64,000 nt of DNA, from positions 37,760,001-37,824,000 of the forward strand of contig NC_086097.1 of NCBI RefSeq assembly GCF_963921235.1, given 5' to 3'. The stretch's first letter is position 1, and every line of letters begins with the position of its first letter. This document shows, in pieces, positions 26,949 through 39,640 of the stretch. The stretch is from Mobula hypostoma. Its lineage: Eukaryota. The translations under genes were made by a program, and so were the position numbers. The notes beneath the pieces were generated by a model. That model was not told the origin of the DNA and did no database searches. It was given only the letters and a program-made list of their open reading frames with translations.

Positions 26949-28507
26949 GCTGATCAGTTAGGGACAAGTAACACCTTATCAAGATTTTCTTTTCCTCCAA
27001 CTACATTTCATTGATCAGAGGAGAATTTTCAGGGTGATGTGCAATTTTAGGAATAAACGCTACCCAAATGGTGTTCATTTTGTAGAAGAAGCAATTCACA
27101 ATCAGTGACAGCCTTTGGGCAGTTCCACATGCAGGTGTCATTGGTGGGAACTTGTCACACTCAAAGATCCACAAACAGAGAATTTCAAAGACTTTAATTT
27201 GTAAATGAAAAATGAAAAGGAACAAAAATGTTATAGCAAGCAAATGACTTTACCGGTCAAATAATCAAGTATATATTTAAACATGACATTGTGAAATAGA
27301 CTAATTTCATTGTGGAGCACTTTGGTCTGCAAGATTTTATGAAGTGATTTTCACTGTGAACACCACAGATGACTGTCATGACAACAGCAGTACTGATAAT
27401 GAAGAGCCTCAGGAGAGGGGGGTCAACAAATTAGGGCAAAGCAGAGTGATCAATACATAAAATTCTTGGTGTGGAAGGGATAAGATTGAGTGTTTACTTG
27501 TCCAAGAAGACATAATCATAGAAAAATCAAACTTTATGAAGCAAGTCTGAAAAATATTTATGAATATTAATCATTCTATACAGATTTTTTTTAGACATTT
27601 CATTGTATTTTGAAAGTATTTACATAAAATACATTGGATAAAAATGTTGCTGCAACACAGTGCCAGATATTGTCATCTACAGTATAACCCATAATTACTC
27701 ATAATCCAATTATTGGAATTTTGACTCCAAATTCTTTATTCCATAATATATTTTAAAAATATATATTTTTATTTTTATTGTTTTCCTGCTTTAAATCATC
27801 TGTCTAGATTTGTTTTTAATACCATTTTCCTTTAATTTCTGTGAGCTAGTATTAATTCTATTTGATTTTATTTGAAGCCAAGCAATAACTTAATCTATAT
27901 TATAATGTTCATTATTATTTGTAACTTATAGATTAAATTCGAGGCATTTTTCATCACTTGTTTCTGATTGCAACATGCTCCATTTCAGGCTGCTCTTTAT
28001 AAAGAACTGCTCATCAAAAATCTTCATTGACTTCATTCTGTCTTTGGAATGACAAGAATATACTATCAGGGCTGATTGAGCTCTCCACCATGCACACTTC
28101 GCAAAACATGAAGGTCACAGTGAATTAGCTTATCAGTGTTTGAAAACACAAATTTCAGTGAAATGGTAGCCAAAAAAAAATCAAGGTTTCCAAAACCTTA
28201 AATTGCCACTGATATTTGTGTGATTTCTTGTTATAAGTAGGATATAATCAAAACCAGCATCAACTTCTGTGCCCTGAATGAAATGTAGTCCTTCAAGCAA
28301 GCACAATAACTAGCTTTCTAATTGCACAAATAATAGTTTTGCCTCTATTTTGATTTTGTTCTATTCTGACCCCAGGAAAACTCTATTGCTTTCAATTTTC
28401 CTTTTTGCAGTGTTAATAAATATGAAGGTCAGAACATAATACACAGAGATGAATGACAGTAAAATTGTAACAAAGGAACTTAGAGGTTAAAAGGTTTACC
28501 AATGTAA

Positions 28508-31100
28508 TAAGACCATAAGACAAAGGAGCAGAAGTCGGCCATTCGGCCCATCAAGTCTGTTCTGCCATTTTATCATGAGCTGATCCATTCTCCCATTTAG
28601 TCCCACTCCCCCGCCTTCTCACCATAACCTTTGATGCCCTGGCTACTCAGATACCTATCAATCTCTGCCTTAAATACACCCAGTGACTTGGCCTTCACTG
28701 CCACCCGTGGCAACAAATTCCATAGATTCACCACCCTCGAACTAAAAAAATTTCTTCGGATTTCTGTTCTGAATGGGCGCCCTGCAATCCTTAAGTCATG
28801 CCCTCTCGTACTAGACTCCCCCACCATGGGAAACAATTTTGCCACATCCACTCTGTCCATGCCTTTCAACATTCAAAATGTTTCTATGAGGTCCCCCCTC
28901 ATTCTTCTAAACTCCAAGGAATACAGTCCAAGAGCGGACAAACATTCCTCATACGTTAACCCTCTCATTCCCACAATCATTCTAGTCAATCTTCTCTGTA
29001 CCCTCTCCAACGTCAGCACATCCTTTCTTAAATAAGGAGACCAAAACTGCCCACAGTACTCCAAGTGAGGTCTCACCAGCGCCTTATAGACCCTCAACAT
29101 CACATCCCTGCTCCTATACTCTAGAAATGAATGCCAACATTGCATTCGCCTTCTTCACTACCAACTCAACCTGGAGGTTAACCTTAAGGGTATCCTGCAC
29201 GAGGACTCCCAAGTCCCATTGCATTTCAGAACTTTGAATTCTTTCCCTATTTAAATAATAGTCTGCCCGTTTATTACTTCTGCCACAGTGCATAACCATA
29301 CACTTTCCAACATTGTATTTCATTTGCCACCTCCTTGCCATTCTTCCAATCTATCCAAGTCTCTCTGTCGACTCTCTGTTTCCTCAGCACTACCGGCTCC
29401 TCCACCTATCTTTGCATCATCAGCCAACTTAGTCACAAAGCCATCTATTCCATAATCCAAATCGTTGATGTACAATGTAAAAAGAAGCGGCCCCAACACA
29501 GACCCCTGTGGAGCACCACTGGATAGGGCAGCCAACCAGAATAGGATCCCTTTAGTCCCACTCTGTTTCCTGCCAATCAGCCAACGCTCTATCTACGTAT
29601 ATAACTTTCCCGTAATTCCATGGGCTCTTATCTTGTTAAGCAGCCTCACGTATGGCACCTTGTCAAAGGCCTTCTGAAAATCCAAATATACAACATCCAC
29701 TGCATTTCCCTTGTCTAGCCTACTTGTAATTTCCTCAAAAAATTGCAATAGGGTTGTCAGGCAGGATTTTCCTTTAAAGAAACCATGCTGATTTCGGCCT
29801 ATCTTGTCATATGCCTCCAGGTACTCTGTAACCTCATCCTTGACAATCGACTCCAACAACTTTGCAACCACCAATGTCAAGCTAACAGGTCTATAATTTC
29901 CTTGCCCCTTTCTTAAATAGCAGAGTGACATTTGCAATCTTCCAGTCCTCTGGAACCATTCCAGAATCTATTGACTTTTGAAAGATCATTGCTAATGCCT
30001 CCACAATCTCCACAGCTACTTCCTTCAGAACACGAGGGTGCATTTCATCTGGTCTGGGAGATTTATCTACCCTTAGACCATTCAGCTTCCTGAGGACTTT
30101 CTCTGTCGTAATCATGACTGCACACACTTCTCTTCCTTGACACCCTTGAGTGTCTGGTATACTGCTGATGTCTTCCTCAGTGAAGACTGATGCAAAATAC
30201 TCATTCAGTTCCTCCGCCATCTCCTTATCTCCCATTACAATTTCTCCAGCATCATCCTCTATCGGTTCTATATCTACTCTCACCTGTCTTTTACTCTTTA
30301 TATCTTGAAAAAGCTTTTAGTATCCTCTTTGATATTATTTGCTAGCTTCCTTTCATAGTTCATTTTTTCCCTCTTAATGACCTTCTTAGTTTCCTTTTGT
30401 AAGCTTTTAAAAACTTCCCAATCCTCTGTCTTCCCACTAATTTTTGCTTCCTTGTATGCCCTATCCTTTGCTTTAACTTTGGCTTTGACTTCTCTTGTCA
30501 GCCACAGTTGCATCCTTTTTCCATTCGAAAATTTCTTCTTTTTTGGAATATATCTGTCTTGCACCTTCCTCACTTCTCACATAAACTCCAGCCACTGCTG
30601 CTCTGCCGTCCTTCCCGCCAGCGTCCCTTTCCAGTCAACTCTGGCCAGTTCCTGTCTCATATCACTGTAATTTCCTTTACTCCACTGAAATACCGACACA
30701 TCGGATTTCGGCTTCTCTTTATCAAACTTCACAGTGAACTCAATCATGTTATGATCACTGCTCCCCAAGGGTTCCTTCACCTCAAACTCTCTAATTACCT
30801 CTGGTTCATTACACAACACCCAATCCAGTACAGCCGATCCCCTAGTGGGCTCCACAACAAGCTGTTCTAAAAAGCCATCTTGCAGACATTCTACAAAATT
30901 CTTTCTCTTGAGATCCAGTGCCGACCTGATTATCCCAATCCACTCGCATGTTAAAGTCCCCCACAATTATCATAACACTGCCCTTCTGACAAGCTTTTTC
31001 TATTTCCTGTTGTAATTTGTAGTTCACATCACTGCAGCTGTTAGGAGGGCTGTATATAACTGCCATCAGGGTCCTTTTACCCCTGCGATTTCTTAGCCAT
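28508..31100 (-). mobile_element. 5'-truncated CR1 LINE (APE-RT ORF2, frameshifted)
   Basis: [52 protein letters not shown]; 3' tail tcttatggtctta. Confidence 0.93.
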
Positions 31101-31379
31101 AAATAATAAGGTACATAGATTGATAAGGACAGTACTTGAATCAAAGAAAAATAATGCAGCTGTTAGCAAGATTTGTGAGAGTATTCTACATTGACGGTAC
31201 AGTTCCATTTTAATAGAGGTGGGCAGGTTATAGGATAACCCACCAACTTTTCAACACAGCTCTATTTTAACACCCAAATGTCATTTTTTTAAAAAACTGG
31301 AACGTAATGACCATCTTCAACAAGAGTTAAACCTTTCACATTGACATTCAATTGTGTTATCCATGACCACTAACATCTT

Positions 31380-31990
31380 GGTAATCATTACACCCAAAAT
31401 CTTCAACAGTCCAGTACTGTTACTATAAGATCAGGAGACAAGGTGGATGCCCTGCAGCAGTTTTTAGAAGTTCCTTTTCAGGAACTGGCTGTTGCCGGTA
31501 GAGTGATCATTTATTGCTCTTCAATCGGTGGTAGTGAGTTCCCTACATGGACCGCAGCACTGTCTCTGCTGAAGATACTTCCAAGTTGCTGGAGGTGAGG
31601 GAGCTCCAGGATTTAGATGGGTAATGATGAAGGATCAATGATGTACTCCCAAGTCAGTGACCTGAAGGGGAATTTGCAGGTGGTAGTGGTGTTCAGATAG
31701 CTTTGTTGCCCTTGTTTTTCCACAAGTTTGGGAGGTACTTGGAATAGGCTGGGTGAGTAACTGCAGTGCATTTTGTAAATAGTACACACTGCATCTGTTG
31801 TGTACTGGTAGTTGTTTGAGTTTGTTGAGAGATGTTGTCAGTGCACTCATTCAAGGAAGTAAAAAGCATTCCATCATGGTGTTGACTTTTGCCTTGTAGA
31901 TGATGGAAAAGTTTCAGGAGGAACATCATTCAGTATTGGATACTCAGTCTTGACCCACACTCTTGACCATGGAATTTATGTTGTCAACCA
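31380..31990 (-). mobile_element. Old LINE (L2/CR1-type) 3' remnant
   Basis: catctacaaggcaaaagtcaac...atgatggaatgc and tgtactatttacaaaatgcactgcag, typical of LINE 3' coding ends; heavily decayed. Confidence 0.4.
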
Positions 31991-32634
31991 GTGAAGTATC
32001 AGCAATTCATCTTATAAGGTAAAATTTAGCAATAAAACCATGGAGAAGAGAATACTGTCACAGTATTAGTTTTAGATTGCTTTGCTGAAGCTAGCACAGA
32101 AACAAAGCCAAGTAGCTATTCCATGTGTTGTGAGTCTCTGTTATATTGAATTAATTCATTGGATTTCTGAAATAATTTAAAACTCATAACAATTCAGAAA
32201 TTATAATTATGTTAGAAAATGCTTAAACACCATGATTTTAATGAATTCATAGTATTTTTACAGTAGGAAAAATTGTACTGTTCAAAAGTCTCGTAAAATT
32301 AAAATACATATAAAGGGTTATTGTTTGTAGAAGTCACCCTAAATTAATTCCAACAGGATTTAATATGAATTAATGATCATGTCAACACATGCAAACCACA
32401 GTATTCAGTGAAGCAAATTCATCAAAGATATAAATGAATTATCTACAAAGGCACAGAATGGAAACAAACAGTATTCTTTGAAAATTGTCTTCGATACTCC
32501 AATTTTCCTACCAGCAGAGCAGGTCCTTAGAGATGCCATTTCATCGGCTCTTCACTCAACCGGAACAAATTAGCATACAGGAGGGAGATTGAGATTCTGG
32601 CTTGAGTGGTGCCACAACAACTACCTCTCACTCA

Positions 32635-33198
32635 GGTGGGGTGTATGGGGTGTCAGGGAGGGGTAGCACCTCTGGTGGGGGAACATGTTGCGTCCTTTTC
32701 AAGGCGGTTAGTCCACCTTTGGACCCCACCTGGCACTCAGCTCTCACCTGTGGCTCCCCGTAGCTATTCACATACGACAGCGGCCACACCCCGGGCAACG
32801 GCTTCGACAAGCCGGCTAAACCAGGTGAGGGTAGCCGACGGGTCTCAAACCCTCGGTGAGATAGGGAGTTGTCTATCCCAGAATGTGAAGACAGACTCCG
32901 GCGGATTGAGCGGACGAGACCAACTGAAGGTCCAACGGTCAAGAAGGCAGTCTCTGCAAGCGTCGTGGAACGTGTAGAGCAGGACAAGACACAGAAGATG
33001 TCCTGGTCATCCACTGCACCTAGATCCATCTCCAGCCATCTAGACTCTGTCTTGCCACTGGATCCAGATGGGAATTGGGAAGAAAGAGTGAGGCTGACGC
33101 TGCGCAACTCTCCTTCATTTAAATCCAAATCATGCGCTAGTCTCGACACCATCATAATGGTGTCGAGGTCCTCATCGACGTCGGCAGTGGACGAACAC
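32635..33198 (+). mobile_element. 564-bp non-coding, structured non-autonomous retroelement (unclassified, possibly RTE-dependent)
   Basis: Exact 12-bp TSD acctctcactca at 32623-32634 and 33199-33210. CpG-rich, with a perfect 11-bp hairpin at 33142-33167. Strand inferred. Confidence 0.75.
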
Positions 33199-33527
33199 AC
33201 CTCTCACTCAATGTCAGCAGGATCAAGGAGCTGATTATTGACTTCAGGAGGAGAAAACCAGAGGCCCATGAGCTAGACTTTATCAGGGGAATCAGAGGTG
33301 TAGAGGGTCAGCAACTTGGAATTCCTTGGTGTTATCACTTGGTGCAACACCTCTACTTCCTTAAGTTTGTGAAGACTCAGCATGACATCGAAAACTTCTG
33401 ACAAATTTCTACAGATGTGTGGTGGAGAGTATATTGACTGGTTGCATTACAGACTGCTATGGAAACACCACTGCCCTTGAATGGAAAATCCTATAAAATG
33501 TAGTGAATACAACCCAGTCAATCATTT

Positions 33528-33757
33528 GTGTTGGGCACATGGCCAAGTGGTTAAGGCATTCATCTAGTGATCTCAAGGTCATTAGTTCAAGCCTCAGCTG
33601 TGGCACGTGTTTGTGTCCTTGAGCAAGGCACTTAACCACACATTGCTCTAGTGTCAGTGCGAGGAGTGGTGCCCCACACAGACTTCCAATCTGCACCTTG
33701 TAGGGCATGAAAATGCCCGATGCAGGCCTCTCGTGGTCTGAGTCGACGTTCCATCCC
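33528..33757 (+). mobile_element. tRNA-derived SINE with CORE-like domain
   Basis: tggccaagtggttaagg...agttcaagcc...gtgtccttgagcaaggcacttaacc; same head as 12325-12636. Confidence 0.8.
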
Positions 33758-34819
33758 ACTCCTCCCAATCACTAAAGCCCTCCCCAGCATTGAGTACATC
33801 TACATGGAGCACTTTTGCAGGAAAGCAGCATCCATCATCAGGGATCTCCACCACCCAGCTCATGCTCACTTCTCACTGCTGCCATCAGGAAGGTGGTACA
33901 GGAGCCTCTGGACTCTCACTATCAGGTTCAGGAACAGTTATAACCCCTCAGGCATTTAGCTCTTGAACCAGTGGGGATAACTTCACTTGCTCGATCACTG
34001 AACTGTTCCCAGAACTTGTGGATTCACTTTCAAGGACTCTTCATCTCACGTTTTTAATACGTATTGCTTATTTACAGTATTAATTACATCTTTATTTTGT
34101 ATTTACAGTTTATTGTCTTTTGCGCAGTGGTTGTTTGTCCGCCCTGTTGGATGTGGTCTTTCATTGATTCTATTATGGTTCCTGGATTTACTGAGTATGC
34201 CCGCAAGAAAATGAATCTCAGGGCTGTATATGGTGACATAAATGTACTTGGATAATAATTTACTTTCAACTTTGATTCCTTATTTGAAAAAAAACACCCT
34301 TGTAAGAAAGAATAAAGAACAAATATTAAGTACTGTATGTAAGGTGAAAGCAGTTTCTTCGATTTGTGCTAGCAAAGTAAAAGGATTATGAAACAATGGG
34401 CTCTTTGCTTACAGAAACCAGTATTGCCTGTCAGTTTCCATCCCAGTAAATTGCAGTGAAAGTCAATTGTGTTAGGCACATTGGAAACATCAAAAAGCTG
34501 TACTGCATTACATTTCAATGTCATCTCACACAGCATCATTATTATTTCATCACTTTTATGCAAACAACATTTTTTAACCATTGTTGATGTTTGTGTGAGG
34601 CAAAAATGGAAATTATTTTCATTTTTATGTCAAGTAAATAAATTACTATTTACATATGTGGACAGTAAATTTATGTTTTTAAATATGCCTGTTTTTTCTT
34701 TCACTTTCTAGTACTCATTTCAATCAGCATTATGACAATTCCATTAGTAGAGTCATACAGCACAATAGCCAATGACTCTGTGACTCTCACCTAATCTAAG
34801 GGAATGATATTTGTCCTGC

Positions 34820-35335
34820 ACAGGACTGGAAGCTGAAGGCAGACCTGGGAGAACAGCAGCAGTTTCCTCCCCACATCACAGAGACTGCATTGCAGCCTGA
34901 CATTGTGTGGTGGTCCGACTCACTGAAGCACGCTCTTATGCTTGAGCTTACCGTGCTGTGGGAAGAACGCGTGGAGGAGGCCTACGAACGGAAAAGAGCC
35001 AAGTATGAAGATCTGAAGAACAACTGTCAAAGAAGAGGCTGGAGGAGCAAAGTGTTGGCCCGTGGTGGTCGGGTGTCATGGCTTTGCAGGCCAGTCGCTC
35101 TGAAAAGTATACACTGTACTTGGACTACCCCAGATGCAGCAGAGAAAGCGTCAAGATGGCTCTGGATAAAGAGGGCAGATCTGTGGGTTGCTGCTAGGGC
35201 ACAGGCTGGGATCTGATCACCCCGGTTGGGTCGCCTGGGCGAGGGTGTATGATTTTGAAAGACCCAAAACACCTGACGACCCCAGGTAACATCACTGATG
35301 ATGTGTCCTAGCTTAGCATCATGCAGATGTTTCTG
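34820..35335 (+). mobile_element. HERO-clade non-LTR retrotransposon 3' end (restriction-like endonuclease)
   Basis: DWKLKADL...FPPHI..T.LQPDIVWWS...MLELTVLWEE..EEAYERKRAKY...AAEKASRWLWIKR, an RLE PD-(D/E)xK-type signature. Confidence 0.8.
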
Positions 35336-35864
35336 TAAGAAGAGCTTTTATTTATGATGCAAATCACAATGTGAAATATTAAATTAAAATGCATACCAAA
35401 ATGAGTACGAAGTATTGTATTGATGACAAAATAATTGACTCCCATTGTGCCCATCTCTATTAACGTAAGATTTGTTTATGCTCATTAGGATGAAGATATT
35501 ATAGTGCTAGAAAATGGAATTATTTTCCAAATTCTTATCCATTTAGAGCAATCACTGTGGATCAGGCATAATAGTGATGCAGTATATAATTTGCTCTTTT
35601 TACAACCTCATTTCCAACATTTTCCACGCCAGTAACTTTGTGCACTTGCGTGTGATAATGATGCTCAGTTAGTGGCAATAATCAATAGTGAATTAAATTG
35701 ATATTCTTTGTATTTATTTTGCATATTATTCACAACCTCAACTCAAGTTTTACAGTAGCTATTACCTGATACCTTGCTTTTGTCTCCCTCAAGGGAAGAA
35801 AGTATCTGTATGGAAGGTTGAAATTACATGTGAAGCAAAGCAGATTAAATGACCTGGGAGAAAG

Positions 35865-35960
35865 ATAAAAATTGCAGGAGGAACACAGCAGATCAGGCAG
35901 CATCGATGCAGAGGAATGGACAGTCCATGTTTCAGGTCGAGATCCTTCATCTGGACTGGG
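35865..35960 (-). mobile_element. Penelope-derived short repeat with a decayed hammerhead
   Basis: Minus strand cagtc CAGATGA aggatctcgacct GAAACATG gactg at 35958-35921. Confidence 0.65.
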
Positions 35961-36229
35961 TAGTCTAGGTAGCCATGCTTTTCCTCAATTTTTTTTGTAT
36001 GTGATCCACTGCAGCTTATTATTTTCAAGGTATTACTATAAATAAGTTCAAACTGATCATGAGAAATTATGACTATGCCCAACAAAATTATATTTTTTCA
36101 AGAAGGCAAGATCATGAGGAATTCCTAGAAGTGACATTAACACTTAAAAATGGTCATTACTTGTCATTAGGGTTCCTCAGCATGGATTCATGTTTATTAT
36201 GATACGTTCAGTCTCTAAAGCTACAGTTA

Positions 36230-36748
36230 CGAGGGGTGATTGATAAGTTCATGGCCTAAGGTAGAAGGAGTCAATTTTAGAAAACCTAGCACATTTATTT
36301 TTCAACATAGTCCCCTCCTATATTTACATACTTAGTCCAGCGGTCGTGGAGAATATGGATCCCTTCTTTATAGAAGTTGGCATCTTGGACCTCCAGAATG
36401 TGGTCCACAGCAGGGGTGATTGATAAGTTTGTGGCCTAAAGTAGGAGGAGATGAGTTACTAACTTCAAACTTTCTGCATAATCACTCAAAGAGTTGAACT
36501 GCACGTGCATGTAACAAGAGCTGTATAACTCATCTCCTTCTACCTTAGGCCACAAATTTGTCATTCACCCCCACTTGTGGACCACTTTCTGGAGGTCCAA
36601 GACGCCGACTTCTACAAAGAAGGGATCCGTATGCTCCACAACTGCTGGACTAAATGTGTAAATGTAGGAGGGGACTATTTTAAAAAGTAAATGTGCTAGG
36701 TTTTCTAAAATTGACTCCTTCTACCACAAACTTATCAATCACCCCTCA
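36230..36748. mobile_element. Palindromic mariner-type MITE
   Basis: TA|cgaggggtgattgataagtt ... aacttatcaatcacccctca|TA; the two halves are reverse complements. Confidence 0.85.
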
Positions 36749-36759
36749 TATGGCTGTCC

Positions 36760-38819
36760 TGTATCAGGGATGGCAAACCCTTTGAGATCTTGTGAAATAA
36801 ACCAAAATTAATAATAAAACAAATATTTTAAATGACAAAAATATTTTACTATTGCATAATTACACTTCAAGATTTGTAAAAAAACATTTAAAACATTAAA
36901 AATTCACATTGAGGGATAGCAAAATAGTGCAATTTTACATTGCACAGGAGACATATTTTTGTAATACCAAGTGAATTAAAATGTAATAGAAGTGCAAGCA
37001 TGGCTCATAATAATGACAGAAAGATTTTTCCTTGTTGTGATTTATATTAATTTAAATCACAGCAAAATGTTTAGATGCTTTTTTCTTGAGACAGCTTACT
37101 GATTGCAAAGGATTAATGCCAAACACAGTTTATAACTAAGTTGTCCAGAATTGTACTCAACCTGATCTATGCCAACCAGCTCAGTGTTATTGCCTCAATT
37201 ATTCTCTATATTCTGGAGCAGCAAGCAATAACTAAGCTGCAGAAAATGGACAATAAATCCCTATCCACACATCACTTGTGCTCTCCCAAGACATGTTTAC
37301 TGCTTTGAGTATCTCCAATAATCAGTTGTAAATATTTGAAGATGTATTAAATTGTTCCAAATAAAACTCAAATTTACAGTGAAATAATAAAAAAAACTAG
37401 ATCATGAGGAGTGTAAGGTGAGATGTGTTTGCCTGTGATTTTGATTTCATACTGCAGTGTAAAGCATGAAAATCTGGAATGCGTTGACATGCATTACATT
37501 AGTTGCTGGTTCTCTACAGAAATGCCAACAGTTCGCTAGTTGCGCATTTTAATCCAAACATTTCTTTTGACTGGGCAATGAGGCCATCTTGTGATAGTCT
37601 TTGAAATTACGATTTTTACAGTGTGTATTTTGTTCAATTGACAACACCTAAAATATCAATATCTTTTACTCTTTTTGGTATAGGACAATTTGCAACAATG
37701 GTACAAATTAGGTTTACAAAAATGTAATATTTACAAATGTCTTCTGAAACTTATTTAAAAAGACAGAATACATGTTTTTGATATTGGCTTGGTATTCTTG
37801 AAAACATACAAAATAAAGGATTAAAATTACTGCAATCTATAATTCCAAAATATAGCTGTATATCTATCTATTTACACCCTAATTCAAACAGGATTATATA
37901 TGCAGGACATTTAAAATAGTACAGTTTAGAACAAAAATTAATTTATTAAAAACTATAGTACTACCTCATGCAATGTTAGAGATATCAACTATTCATGTTA
38001 GAAAAAATATCAAAATACAAATTTATGCTAAAACTTGTTCAACATGGACCTTAGTTATCTATGCACAATAGCTAAGAAAGTATGTCTCCTATAATTGCTT
38101 AAATTTATTGTATGGTACAAATATATCTAAATCAGTTTCAACTGAGTATTTCATTCCAAATTTTATTCCAAACTCTGGCTGAGGATGAGTTTTAACTTTT
38201 CATACAAAGATTTGATGCAATTACAATTAGAAAAATTTTTAAAAATAGAAAAATAAACAAATGTACACGGCACCTAAAGCGCAACTGTTCTTTGATACCT
38301 CAAAGCTATGTCAACCTATTTCTCAAAATTTACCTTCTTATCGCCATTTTTTAAAAAGTAATATACTTATAAGTGGCATTTAAGTTTTGCACTTTAACTA
38401 TTGTCATATTATTTGCATTTCAATTAATTTTGCCTTTTGGGAGGTCATGGTACACAGTAGATTGCTGAAATACAAAATATTTAAACTTACATGATGCACA
38501 TTTCATCTAAATTCATTTTACCTCGGGTTAAGAAGAAACCTGGGAATATATAAAAAACAACTCTTGTGTTTTAAATAGGTTTATAAACTGTTCACAAAGT
38601 TCTACAATGCTATTGTGAAGAAAAAGAGCAATTTCTAGAAATGTTAATTCTATTTTTCTTTTGTAAATTCCACCATGGATACTTCATGAATAATGCAAAA
38701 AATTAAGAGCAAATAGTGCTGGTCAAAAGTTGTCCTACTCCCTTTGCAGTAAGCTGATAATATTGCTTTTCTCCCGCTCGAGTTTTTTCTTACATTTGAG
38801 ATGGCTTTTAAGCACATTT
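36760..38819 (-). other. Putative 3' UTR of the LRRC9-like gene
   Basis: Repeat-free AT-rich block downstream of the putative stop. AATAAA occurs on the minus strand (tttatt on +) near 38162, 38103 and 37942. The end point is not determined. Confidence 0.35.
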
Positions 38820-38829
38820 CTAATGTCCC
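38820..38829 (-). CDS. LRRC9: Probable terminal coding segment of the LRRC9-like gene (R-G-H-stop)
   Basis: Acceptor tgtttcttccag|GGGACATTAG gives AG|G GGA CAT TAG in phase 2. It is followed by about 2 kb of AT-rich, repeat-free sequence. Confidence 0.45.
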
Positions 38830-39374
38830 CTGGAAGAAACATTTCTATTAGTAATTACATATTTCATAAATTCAATAAAGTTCAAACAACTGAACAATTG
38901 TCAGAAATTACTGCTTATTGTTTAAAGAAAATAAAACTAGAATTATCATCTTGTGTATATACAGAATCTAAACGTTACACAAATGCTTGACTTAAATGTT
39001 TCAATAAACATAATATTCCTCCATTAAAATTAATTAGTAAATCTAGTAAACATGCAGATTCCAGCATTTGCAGAATCTCTTGTACTTGTAATTAGTAAAA
39101 TTATCTTTTTACTTGTTTGCATGTGGTCTCTAAACTAATTTAGCTGTATTTAGATTGTGTTTGAATGACAATGATTCATACAGAAAAGACATTTCACAAG
39201 GATCTTTTCAATTAAATCAGTTTAAGAAAAATTTTCTTTAACTTGTTGCATTGTAATTTTAATTAGGATACACTTTAATTTATCTCTGAGTAACATATCA
39301 CAGCAATGTTTTTCCTTTAAAATTCATTCACAAGATATAAATGGGCATTTGTTGTGTTCTCAAGCTTTACTAGC

Positions 39375-39640
39375 TTTGCATGATGGAATGGAGGAGAAGA
39401 AAGAATGACCAAGTGGGAGGAGTTCTTGATTATGTTGGCTGTTTATTCAAGGCAGCAGAAAGTGTAAACAGAGCCAATGGAGGGGAGGCTGGTTTTCCTG
39501 ATATACTGTGTTGTGTTCACAATTTTCTGCAGTCTTGGACAGAGCAGTTGCCATACCAAGCTGTGATGCATCCAGATAGGATGCTGTATATGGTACATCT
39601 GAAACAGTTGGCGAGAATCATTGTGAACATCCAGAATTTC
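39375..39640 (-). mobile_element. Rex-Babar fragment
   Basis: RCTI.SILSGCITAWYGNCSVQD..KIVNTTQYI..TSLPSI. Confidence 0.65.

Larger units (their letters stand above)
32595..34275 (+). mobile_element. Rex-Babar LINE fragment hosting two nested insertions
   Basis: EWCHNNYLSL|NVS..KELIIDFRRR is rejoined across 32635-33198 and continues to LLPSGRWYRSL and the 3' tail; a SINE is inserted at about 33528-33757. Confidence 0.8.

Noticed and set aside
32628..33234. Overlapping 190-, 123- and 121-aa ORFs
   Set aside because: No recognisable motifs; expected by chance in a GC-rich non-coding insertion.
35270..35310. CTGACGA and CTGATGA boxes in the HERO 3' UTR as a hammerhead
   Set aside because: No correctly placed stem II-GAAA follows either box.
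35793..35852. Possible next or terminal EML exon (ctccctcaag|..KKVSVWKVEITCEAKQIK*)
   Set aside because: It has a good acceptor but no similarity to the expected WASWTCV-containing exon; not supportable without transcript data.
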